A DNA stretch of 64,000 nt. Origin: Dictyostelium discoideum. Taxonomy: Eukaryota. Positions within the stretch are counted from its first letter, which is position 1. Each line of letters opens with the position of its first letter. The notes under the pieces were generated by a model. That model was given only the letters and a program-made list of their open reading frames with translations, was not told where the DNA came from and did no database searches. Positions 1-11,846 of this stretch are shown here, piece after piece. The position numbers were made by a program, and so were the translations under genes. The DNA lies in assembly GCA_000004695.1 (NCBI GenBank), contig CM000151.3:4608001-4672000 (forward strand), read 5' to 3'.

Positions 1-3000
1 ATTAGTCCATCTGCAATACCTCTTTTTAAGAATCTTGCATACATTGAATGATCTCCAATTTGAATTTTTAAATAATCTTCGTTTGTATTATTTCCAAATT
101 GTTGAGATGAACAAATATCGTCACTGCTAGATGATTCAAATGTTGCTGACATTAATAATTCTAATTTACTTAATCGATTTCTAAATGGATATGAATTGAT
201 TGAAATTGTATATTTTGAAGTTGATGGGTTCATTTGTAAATTATTACCAGCGAATGATATATTTGTAGCCTTATCAAACCATTGAATAGTTACATTTGTT
301 TGTGATATTGTAATGTCATCTCTTGTAATATTAGTTATATACAATGATGTATTATTAGTTAAATCACTGTAAATCCATTTTTCAAAGTAATAGGTATTGA
401 TTACATTATATTCATAATCGAGTTCTCTTAAAGCTACTAATGATATTAAAGATCTAAATGTAATATCAAGATTCGATGAGGTGGTAGTTGTTCCGTTTGG
501 TGTTGAAATTTCGGTTGATGGATCGGTTGTATTAATTGATGGTTGTGGTACAATAATAACTTTGGATGTACAGTCAATACCAACCCATGGTGTGAAACAA
601 ACACAACCCGATGTACTAGTATCACAATAACCTTGATTTGAACCACCACATTCTGGTTTTCCTGGACATTGTGGTCTTTTAGTTGGTGTCGGTGTTGGTG
701 TTGGTGTTGGTGTTTCAGATGAAGATTCAGATGGTGTTTGAGATGGTGTTTGAGATGGTGTTTCAGTTGGTGTTTCAGTTGGTGTTTCGGTTGGTGTTTG
801 AGTTGGTGTTTCGGTTGGTGTTTGGGTTGGTGTTTCAGTTGGAGTTTGAGTTGGTGTTTCAGTTGGAGTTTGAGTTGGTGTTTCAGTTGGAGTTTGAGTT
901 GGTGTTTGAGTTGGTGTTTGAGTTGGTGTTTGAGTTGGTGTTTCAGTTGGTGTTTCAGTTGGTGTTGGTGTTTGAGTTGGGGTTGGTGGATCTGGAATAA
1001 ATAATAATACTTTTTGATATGGATAAATAAAATATTCATTTGAAGATATTGATTTATCATTTTCTAATATAATACTAAAGTTACTACCTTGATCCATTTC
1101 AGAGATACCGCCTAATAAAATAGCAGCACCCCCAACAGTTTTTTTAACTTGTAATGGTTTAGTAGTTGATTTATAATTGAATGTTGCACCAGTAACTGAT
1201 TTAAATCCTTTACCTGTTAACCATAAATCACCACCTAATGTAGAAATTCTATCAGAACCTGTAATAACTGGAACATCGATTGTATATGTTGTATTTATTA
1301 AATATGGGAAACCTAATTGTTTAAAATCATTAGAGCTATAACCACTATAATATCCACCATTATTTACTAAACCATAAACTGATAATAAAATTCCAAATGG
1401 GTAACCATATGCTACTGGTAATGAAATTGAACATTGATATGATTTTGAATTTGAATTGATTATTGTTTCAGATGTAATTTGACATTGAATTGTATTGAAA
1501 TCAGTTGAAGTTAAATAAATTACTGGGTAACTATTATTTTTAACACCAGATGCTAAATTTTCAACCTCTAAATTAAATGAAACAACTCTTTCACTTAAAC
1601 CTACATCAACTACAGTTTTATCACTAGAAAATTTTTTAATTACAACTGGTGTTGGATCACTTACTTCATTTGGACAAGTAACTGATATTTTATTGATTGA
1701 TGGATCATTAAAATAGTACATAAATGGATTATAAAGAGAGTTTAAAATAAATTTATAATCACTAAATAATGAAAATGTTGAATTATTATTTTCAGTATCA
1801 AATAGTAATACATCAGAAATAATATAGTCTTGAGAAATACAAGGAGTTGATAAATTAATACCAACTGTATATACTTGTTCAAATACATCAGTTGTTGGAT
1901 ATAATGTAAAATTATAATTTGAACCATCAATTGCACCTTTAACTACAATATAACCACTTTTAAAACCATTAATTGGATCACTAATTGTTAATTTCCAACC
2001 AATTTCAGTATTAGTTTGAATTGTAACTGGTGATGAAGATGGATACTTTTGAATTCTTTTAAATATTGGACCCATTAAATCAGCATCTTTATTAAACAAT
2101 TTGAATATTAAATTAGTAATTAATTTTTTCAATAAAAATAAATAAATAAAAATTTTAACTTACTTTCTGAAATTACATTAAATGAAGCATTACTACCTAA
2201 TGCACTATTCAATACCCATTGTTTTCTATTAAAAAAGAGGGCATAAGACATTGGACCTTGTCTCGAATTTCTTGGCAAATAAAATTCAACTTGAAACATT
2301 TTAATTGTATCATTCCATTGTGCTGGCCAAGCTTTATCTAGTAATCCTTGAGGATAGATTGGATCATCATTCAAATATTCTTTTATCCATTGTTGATGAT
2401 GAACCAATAGAGATATTGGTGAATTGATATCTAAATTTGACATATTAAAATATAAAATATTACCAGCAACAACATTTGTAACATCCATTGTTTTATAAAA
2501 AATTGAAGCATTTTGAACATTATAAAAATTGAAACCTTTAAAAGCAATTAAAAAAAAGTTAGTTTATATGTAATAAAAAACAATAGTTCATTATAATATT
2601 ATATAGCTTACTTTCATCATAATAAGGTGGTGAAATGTAAGAATTATCAACTGCATAAAAAAAATAATCTGAAGTTGAATATTGAAGTCCATTCGCTTTA
2701 AATGTTGAAGTAATTGTCAAAGTATCAACTACCATTTCATAAATATTTTCCCCTGCATATGATTCAAGTGAAAAAATTGTATCACCAACAATTAATTTAA
2801 AAATTGGATATTGGTAACTAATATCAAATCTTAATAAATAAAATCTACCAAATAAATGAATGAATTCATTTTTATTTAATTTTGAAAATAAATTATCTAA
2901 AAGAAATAGTTTAGTGTTTTATTATAATTAGTATTGTATTGGTAAAATAAGTTTTAAAAGTTTGTAGGTTAATTAATATTTACTGGTTGGTTTTGGTGAA

Positions 3001-4088
3001 ACTAATTTTTTAGAGTATCCTTTGGTTGTAGTAGGAAAGTCAGAAGTAACATATAGATCACCCATTATTGGATCATTGTTGGCAATTAAAAATGACATTG
3101 AATATGTAAATCCATTTAAATTATTACCACTTTTAAAACCAAATGGGAATCTATAAGATTTTAAAGTTTGATATCTAAAATAAATTGGTTCATATTTATA
3201 AGGCCCACTTGAAAATCCGGTATTTACAATATTATCAATTTGTTCAACATTACCAAAAGTGGGTATTGTTAATGTAGATGGTAAACCTTTATAAACAATT
3301 TTTAAATAATTAATAACTTGTAAATAATATTAATAATTAATATATAATTAATATAATAAAAATTACCTGTGATATTTAATTTTACTTGATCTCTTGTCGT
3401 TGCTGTTTGGCCACTTTGTGCTGAAAAAGTATGATCTCTGAGTCCAATATAAGTAATGTAATCATATAATGCTAAATAAGTTGTGAGTGGACCATTACTA
3501 TAAATCGCTCTGTACGTTAAAAAAAGGTTATTATATTTAACAAAGGGTGTTAATTTTGTTGAATTTGTTGTAAATGTAAAAAGTGGAGCATATAAATCAC
3601 CAATAACTTGAATGTTTTGTAAATTTTCTGGGTATCTAACTACCAAAGTTGAATCATAATCTATTATTTGAAATTATAAAAGTAATTATAAGTTTTAATA
3701 AAAAAAAAAATAAAAAAACTAATATTAAATAAATAAACCTTACTATTTTTTGAAAAATAATTATCTTGGTTTGGTAAAGTATTTTGAAATTGAATTTTCA
3801 TGGATACACTCCCTGGTGAATTTAAGTTTGAAACTGCACCAAAAACTCCATGATTACTCATATATATACTTCTGCAACTTGTGCCAGATGCAGATGGCAA
3901 ATCACTAGAGAAACGGTTCTCCACACCATTTAGTTTATATTGAAGTACTAGATAACCAAAAACAGTTGCGTCCATTGGAGAAATATCAATTGCATAATTT
4001 GATGAAGTAATTACTTTTTTTAAAAGAAGTAAAAAATGAAATTAATAATTATAAAATTTGAAAATAAATAAATAAATAAATAAATCAA

Positions 4089-4139
<51 letters not shown>

Positions 4140-4543
4140 AATAAAAGGAAAAAATACCCACACAAACATGAAAGACTAAAGGTTATTGGTGAGGTTTCCC
4201 CGGCAGTATTTTGGCAATTTACGCCAAAACTTTGGTTTTCTCCAGTATCAACTTTGGATACCATACTCAACAAAGTTGAATATGATGTTTGGTTTTTTAA
4301 AGTCGTACCTGTTTCGTATATAGTAAAATTTGAAGGAGCTGTACAGGTTATTATTGTATTAGGGTTTGTTGTATCAGTTACTAAAAAATAAATAGAAATA
4401 AAACATCGATTATCTCCGCCATTTGCCCATTGTGTTTTATAATTTTTAAGTGAGGAATCTCTAACGATTAATGAACCACTTAAAAAATCAATTGAAAATA
4501 TTAATAAAAATAAAAATATAAAATTAAAAAATAATTTTTTCAT
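1..4543 (-). CDS. Multi-exon gene, 3' end beyond window start, for a large type-I cell-surface glycoprotein: signal peptide, Thr/Pro-rich TETPTQTP repeat stalk, EGF-like Cys module. Copy 1 of a tandem pair
   Basis: Minus strand. Exon 1 lies in ORF 4085..4543 (MKKLFFNFIFLFLLIFS, signal-peptide-like), with a GTATTT donor near 4171. Further exon cores are ORFs 3664..3975, 3302..3646 and ~2611..2880, each ending at a GTAAG/GTATG-type donor. A 76-nt intron spans ~2535..2610 (gtaagc...ttaaag). The next exon is 2161..2534 (ORF 2129..2488), followed by an intron at ~2105..2160. The last, long exon is open from ~2100 to position 1 with no stop inside the window. It includes the TETPTQTP repeats at 661..1000 and the Cys module CPGKPECGGSNQGYCDTSTSGCVCFTPWVGIDC. 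All of these are collinear and homologous with the complete paralogue 5288..10186. Confidence 0.6.
661..1000 (-). repeat. In-frame 24-nt coding tandem repeat (ggtgtttgagttggtgtttcagtt), ~14 units, encoding (TETPTQTP)n Thr/Pro stalk
   Basis: The 24-nt periodicity is directly visible. ORFs 446..1060, 683..1000 and 738..1004 are wrong-frame or antisense readings of it. Confidence 0.8.
4050..4145. repeat. (AAAT)n microsatellite, ~24 units
   Basis: aaataaataaat... seen directly, in intron 1 of copy 1. Confidence 0.85.
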
Positions 4544-4668
4544 TTTATTTTAATGTATTTAAAAAAAAAAAAAAAAAAATAAAATAAAAATGAAAATAAA
4601 AAAATAAAATATTTGATGTAAAAAAAAAAAATAAAAAATAAAAAAATAAAAAAATATGTTTGCTTGGT

Positions 4669-4703
<35 letters not shown>

Positions 4704-5287
4704 AATAAATAATAAAGAAATGATGAGGAAGGTGGGACTATAAACAGGTTGGTTGTCAATATAAACGGGATGGTTGTAAAAAACTTCAGGAAACCCGCAA
4801 AAAAAAAATCTTTTTTTGAAAAAAAAAAAAAAAAATCCAAAATTGGGTTGGGTTTTTTTTTCAACATTTTTTCTTATTTTCATTAAAATTGTATACCAAA
4901 ACGATTGATCAATAAATATAACACATTGTTCTTAGTTATTTATTATTTTACTTGAAAAACAGATCTATCATAATTATTTCCTTTATATCTTTTTACAAAA
5001 TGAAAGGTAATTAATACCGCATCAATTGTAACACTATCAACCACAATACCAGCAATTTCACCACACCACCGAATTTTCGAAATCAAACCAAATTTTCATT
5101 TTTTTTTATTTTTTTTATTTTATTTTTTTTAAATTTTTTTTTTTTAAAATTTTATTTATTTTTAATATGAATTTAGTGTGTTATAGATGATATAAATAAT
5201 AATAATAATAATAATAATAATAATTTTTTATTTTATTAAATTTACCAAAAAGATGATAAATATAATACATTCTTTATTAGTTATTTA

Positions 5288-8015
5288 TTATTTTACTTTT
5301 TCCAATTTATTTGTAATGGATCTATTAAATTTATTTTCTTGATTCCTTTTTACAAAATGAAAGGAAAGTGAGAATATTACTACTGCAGCAAATGTGACAC
5401 TACCTATTACAATACCAGCAATTTCACCACCACTTAATCCACTGGATTTTTTAGAACAAATTGAATTTGGTGATGAAGATGAACTTGATGAATGATCTAA
5501 TAATACTGAGAAATCAGGATCTACTATAACTTTAGATTTATACTGTGGTATTATAATACCAATATATGAAGATGAGAATGATTCAGAATTTGATTGAGTT
5601 TGATTATTTTCAATAACTCTATTATCGATTGGGGTAATTAGTCCATCTGCAATACCTCTTTTTAAGAATCTTGCATACATTGAATGATCTCCAATTTGAA
5701 TTTTTAAATAATCTTCGTTTGTATTATTTCCAAATTGTTGAGATGAACAAATATCGTCACTGCTAGATGATTCAAATGTTGCTGACATTAATAATTCTAA
5801 TTTACTTAATCGATTTCTAAATGGATATGAATTGATTGAAATTGTATATTTTGAAGTTGATGGGTTCATTTGTAAATTATTACCAGCGAATGATATATTT
5901 GTAGCCTTATCAAACCATTGAATAGTTACATTTGTTTGTGATATTGTAATGTCATCTCTTGTAATATTAGTTATATACATAGATGTATTATTAGTTAAAT
6001 CACTGTAAATCCATTTTTCAAAGTAATAGGTATTGATTACATTATATTCATAATCGAGTTCTCTTAAAGCTACTAATGATATTAAAGATCTAAATGTAAT
6101 ATCAAGATTCGATGAGGTAGTAGTTGTTCCGTTTGGTGTTGAAATTTCGGTTGATGGATCGGTTGTATTAATTGATGGTTGTGGTACAATAATAACTTTG
6201 GATGTACAGTCAATACCAACCCATGGTGTGAAACAAACACAACCCGATGTACTGGTATCACAATAACCTTGATTTGAACCACCACATTCTGGTTTTCCTG
6301 GGCATTGTGGTTTTTTAGTTGGTGTTTGAGTTGGAGTTTGAGTTGGTGTTTGAGATGGTGTTTCAGATGGTGTTTCAATGGGGGTTTCAGATGGTGTTTG
6401 AGTTGGTGTTTCCGTTGGTGTTTGAGATGGTGTTGGAATTGGAGTTGAAGGGTCTGGTGTTACAGTTGGTGTTGGAGTTGGTGATGGAGTTTCTGGTTCA
6501 CGAGTTGGTACATAATTCAATACTTTTTGATATGGATAAATAAAATATTCATTTGAAGATATTGATTTATCATTTTCTAAAATAATACTAAAGTAGGTAC
6601 CTGGATCCATTTCAGTGATACCGCCTAATAAAATAGCAGCACCTCCAATAATTTTGTTAACTTGTAATGGTTTAGTAGTTGATTTATAATTGAATGTTGC
6701 ACCAGTAACTGATTTAAATCCTTTACCTGTTAACCATAAATCACCACCAAATGTTGAAATTCTATCGGAACCTGTAATAACTGGAATATCGATTGTATAG
6801 GTTGTATTAATAAAATATTGGAAACCTAATTTATTAATATCATCAGAGCTATAACCACTGTAGTATCCACCATTATTTACTAAACCATAAACTGACAATA
6901 AAATTCCAAATGGGTAACCGAATGCTACTGGTAATGAAGCTGAACATTGATATGATTTTGATTTTGGTGTTATTATTGTTTCAGATGTAATTTGACATTG
7001 AATTGTATCGAAATCAGTTGCAGTTAAATAAATTACTGGGTAACTATTATTTTTTACACCAGATGCTAAATTTTCAACTTCTAAATAAAATGGAACGATT
7101 CTATAGCTTAAACCTACATCAACTGTTTTATTACCACAAACAAAATTTTTAATTACAACTGGTGTTGGATCATATACCTCATTTGGACAAGTAACTGATA
7201 TTTTATTGATTGATGGATCACCGAGATAATTCATAAATGGATTAAAAAGTGATAATCCTATGAATTTGTCATCATTAAATAATGTAAATGTTGAATTATT
7301 ATTTTCAGTATCAAATAGTAATACATCAGAAATAATATAGTCTTGAGAAATACAAGGAGTTGATAAATTAATACCAACTGTATATACTTGTTCGAATATA
7401 TTATTTGTTGGATTAATAGTAAAATTATAATTTGAACCATCAATTGCACCTTTAACTACAATATAACCACTTTTAAAACCATTAATTGGATCACTAATTG
7501 TTAATTTCCAACCGATCTCAGTATTAGTTTGAGTTATAACTGGTGATGATGATGATGGATACTTTTCAATATTTTTAAATATTGGACCTAGCAAATCCAT
7601 TTTTTCAGAAATTACATTAAATTGAGCATCACTACCAAATGCATTATTTAAAACAAATACATTTCTTTTAAAAAAGAGTGCATACGGTAAATTTCCACTT
7701 TTAGAATTTCTTGGCAAATAAAACTCTGCTTGAAACATTCTAATTGTTTCATTCCATTTTGCTGGCCAAACTTTATGATACAATTCAGATGGAATTGTTT
7801 GGTCTTGGATGGTTTGGAATTTTTGTGTTGATGGTTGGTGGTGAATAAATAAACTCAATGGTGAATCAATATCTATATTTGTCAAATTAAAATAAAGAAT
7901 ATTTCCTGCAACTGAATTTGTTACATTCATTGTTTTAAAAAGTATTGATGCATTTCTAATATCATACATATTGAAACCTATAATTAAAATTATTGTTTTA
8001 ATAATTTAGTTATTT

Positions 8016-8052
<37 letters not shown>

Positions 8053-8353
8053 TTTAAAACATACCCAATTCAAAAACAGGTGGTACTATAAATGGACAAT
8101 CAAAATTATTTAGGTAGTTGAAATCATTAAATGGACTTAAAATACTATTTGCACTAAATGGAGCCACAGGTTTAAGTGTATCTACAACTATTTCATAAAT
8201 ACCATCTCCTGCAAGTGATTGCAATGAATAAATTGAAGTACCCAATAAAAATTTAAAAACTTTGTAGCTATAACTAATATCAAGTCTAAGTAAATAAAAT
8301 CTATCATATTTATAAATGAATTGATTTGAATTAAATGTTGGGTAAGTTGAATC

Positions 8354-8387
<34 letters not shown>

Positions 8388-8879
8388 ATTAAAATTTAAA
8401 TAATATTAACGAGTTAGAATAATTAAATATTGAAGAGATAGGAGGAATTTCCTTATAAATAGTAATTAAAAAATGATATATATTTACTGGTTGACTCAGG
8501 TGAAACTAATATTTTGGTGTATCCATTAACTATGTATCCTGTATCTGAAGTTACACTAAATGTACCCATTAATGGATCATTTTTTGCAATTAAAAATGAC
8601 ATTGAATAATTAAATCCATTTAAATTATTACCAATTTTAAATCCAAATGGGAATCTATAAGTTCTTAATGTTTGGTATTTTAAATAAATTGGTTCATAAT
8701 TATAAGGACCGCTTGAAAACCCAGTATTTACAATATTTCTATCTTGAGTAACAAAATATCTTGAAGTTTCGCTATTCAATGGTATTGATAATGTTGTTTT
8801 ATAACCTATATCAAAATTTTCAAATAAAAATTCAATTAGTTTAATTCTATATATATATTTTTTTTTTAAAAAAAAAATA

Positions 8880-8948
<69 letters not shown>

Positions 8949-9719
8949 GAATAGTAAAAATAATAAATAATAATAGTTACCTGTGATATTATATTGTACT
9001 GAATCCCTTAAAGTACAAGATGCTTGATCTTGAGCGCAAAAAGTATAGTTAGTTAATACGCCATCATATGGTCTGTAATCATATAAACCTAAATAGGTTG
9101 TTGATAAATTATTGCCACCAATTATTCTAAAAATTGCAAATTGATTTGTAAAAAAATTGACCCAGGGCGACATATATGTTGAATTTGATGTAAATATAAA
9201 AAGAGGAGCATATAAATCACCCAAAACTTGAATATTTTGAGTTAATACCAATCTTGAAACACTCACTTTATCATAATCTAAAAAAAATTAATATTTAAAA
9301 TCGAAATTATGTATACATAATGTTCAAAAGTTAGAGTTTAAAAATAAATGAAAAAATAATAAAGAATAAAAAAAAAAAAACATTATTAAATAATAATTAT
9401 CTTACTTGTAAGAGAGTAATAATTAGGTGAAGTTACAGTTATAGTATCTTCAATTTCGGCTGATATAAATCCAGGACCATTTAATAACATAGGAGATAGA
9501 AATAATGCTTTACTCTGATAAATTGCAGCCATTCCAGTTCCTTTGCTATTTGGAATTTTACTATATGACTTTCCTTCAACTCCATTTAAATAAAATTGGA
9601 GGAGTATAAAACCAAATGGTGAGGCATTCATTCCTGAGAAAACAACTCCATTATTTGCAGTGGTAAGTTCTTTTTAAAAAAAAAAAAAAAAATTAAAAAA
9701 ATAAAATTAAAATTAAATT

Positions 9720-9774
<55 letters not shown>

Positions 9775-10186
9775 TAATAATAATAATAATATTCATACTA
9801 TAGCATAAAAAGGGAATTGTAAGGGTGGAAGATTCGCTATTATCATTTTTAGCAGTTATTAATATACTATAAGATCCTTGTTGAATACTACTGGTACCTA
9901 TGGAGTAGGGTACAGAAATTGATGTATCATTTTTCTTAGCCATATAAGTAATAGCACTAACAGTATAACCTGGAGCTGTGACTGTTAATTTTGAATTTGG
10001 ATTTGCAGTGTCAGTAACTAGAACAGTAAAATATGTACTACACCTTTGATTTGTAGAACCACCAGTCATCCATATTGAATATTGAGTTTTATCAATTGTA
10101 ATATCATTAGTTATTAAAGATCCATTTAAAAAATTTTTCTCTAATAAAAAAATTAGTAAAAATACAAAGATTATTAATTTTTTCAT
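5288..10186 (-). CDS. Complete multi-exon gene for the same cell-surface glycoprotein family (~1500 aa): signal peptide, N-glycosylation-rich ectodomain, Thr/Pro repeat stalk, EGF-like module, single TM, short cytoplasmic tail. Copy 2 of the tandem pair
   Basis: Exon 1 is ORF 9713..10186 (MKKLIIFVFLLIFLL, signal peptide). Internal exon cores are ORFs 9386..9631, 8910..9266, 8453..8779 and 8054..8245. The last exon is 5288..7977, joined at acceptor ttaattatag|GT at 7978/7979. That exon carries the (TQTP/TETP)n stalk, CPGKPECGGSNQGYCDTSTSGCVCFTPWVGIDCTS, the TM segment IAGIVIGSVTFAAVVIFSLSF, the tail KRNQENKF... and a stop at 5288. Exact internal junctions are approximate. Confidence 0.65.
6300..6500 (-). 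repeat. Shorter (~8 unit) copy of the TQTP/TETP coding repeat in copy 2
   Basis: ggtgtttgagttgg... periodicity. ORFs 6082..6378 and 6319..6543 are wrong-frame readings. Confidence 0.75.
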
Positions 10187-10218
10187 TATTTTTTTTTTTT
10201 TTTTTTTTTTTTATTGTA

Positions 10219-10249
<31 letters not shown>

Positions 10250-10826
10250 TATATATAAAATAAATAAAAAATAATATATATAAAAGAATAAAAAAAAAAG
10301 TTAAAGGAATAAAAGAGTAAAAAAAAAAAAAAAAAAATTGGGTGATTTGGTTTACAGGTAAAGCAAAAAAAAATAATAAAAAAAATGCGGAATCAATTCT
10401 ATGGTGGGAAATATCAAGCATTTAATATAAAAAAAAAAAAAACTTTACACCATATCCAAAAAAATCTTAAAAAAAATCTTTTACAAACCTTATTTTTTAT
10501 ATTTTTTTTTTTTTTTTATTTCTTTTTTTTTTTTTTTTCCGGCTTGCTATTTTGAACTGTTTTGAAAACATATCATTTTTTTTATAAATAATAAAATAAG
10601 GGGTTATTGTTTAGAAAAAAAAAAAATTATTTCAACCCACCCCATTTTTTTTCTCTTAACAAAACCCCAAGATCTGATTAAAGGTGGGAAAAATCAGGCA
10701 ATGACATCATTAAAATCAATATTTTTCATGTTTAATTTTATTTTTATTTTTTATTTATTTTTGGTTACTTTTTTATTATTATTATTATTTTTATTATTAT
10801 TTTTATTTTTTTTTATTTTTTTTATT

Positions 10827-11766
10827 TTATTCGTTTGGAACTTCATAAATTACAATTGAAGAGTGATCGGGTTTACCAATTTTGATTTTTCTGAGTGCAT
10901 TAGTTTTTTGAGAATGTTGTTTTTTATAAGTTTGATAGAGTGGATCTTTAATGAAATCTGTGGTTTTTTCGATTTCTTTCATTTTTAAAAGTAATTTGGC
11001 GATTTCCTCTTGAAGTAAACGAAAAGCTTCAGTTTTTTCTATACAATGAGTTATGATTGCTTGTGACATTGATTCACAAGTTGAGAGTTGTTCTTTTGGT
11101 AATTCACTTAAGAATTGTGTCATATTTTCTTCAATTTGTTCTCTTGTACTTTTAACCTTTGTCGATGAAGGCGATGAAGAAGTGGTGGTTGAATCTTCAA
11201 AATTTAAAAAGTTATCAGATACACCATCTGAAACTATGAAAATTCTATCACCAGGCGAAACCAAAGCCATTGCAAAATGAAGATTAGTTAGAAGTGGTTT
11301 ACATTTCTCATTTCTAGCCTTTAATAACTCTTCTCTAAGTTTATCATGAGCATTTCCAGAAATGGTTGGATAAGAGGGAGCATCAATTGGCCAACTTTTA
11401 TCTTGATCACCACCCCACATCCAACCCAATTGGCCACCTGCCTCATTGAAATTTCTTTGAGATAATGATGATGGTGATGATCCATAATAGGTTGAACCCA
11501 TAATTGGTGATGGTGATGGTGATTGTGATAAAGATGAAGAATGATGTGGAGAATACGACGATGATGAAGGTGATGATGACGATGATGATGATGAAGTTGA
11601 TAATTGACTATTTACAAGTTGTTGTGGTTGATTATTAACATTTATATTCTTAGCTCTATTGGTAATTTCTGTGATTTTACCATTTCTATGACACCATCTA
11701 AATGCTTTTGTATCTCCAACTGATCCAATTACAAATATCCATGGTGCATAAATTTCATTATTATTA

Positions 11767-11846
<80 letters not shown>

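Noticed and set aside
446-1060. ORF-track proteins with HQLK / MVFELVF / WCFSWC repeats (446..1060-, 683..1000+, 738..1004+, 6082..6378-, 6319..6543+)
   Set aside because: They are alternate-frame or antisense readings of the in-frame TETPTQTP 24-nt coding repeat. The true frame is the minus-strand one continuous with the flanking conserved ectodomain sequence.
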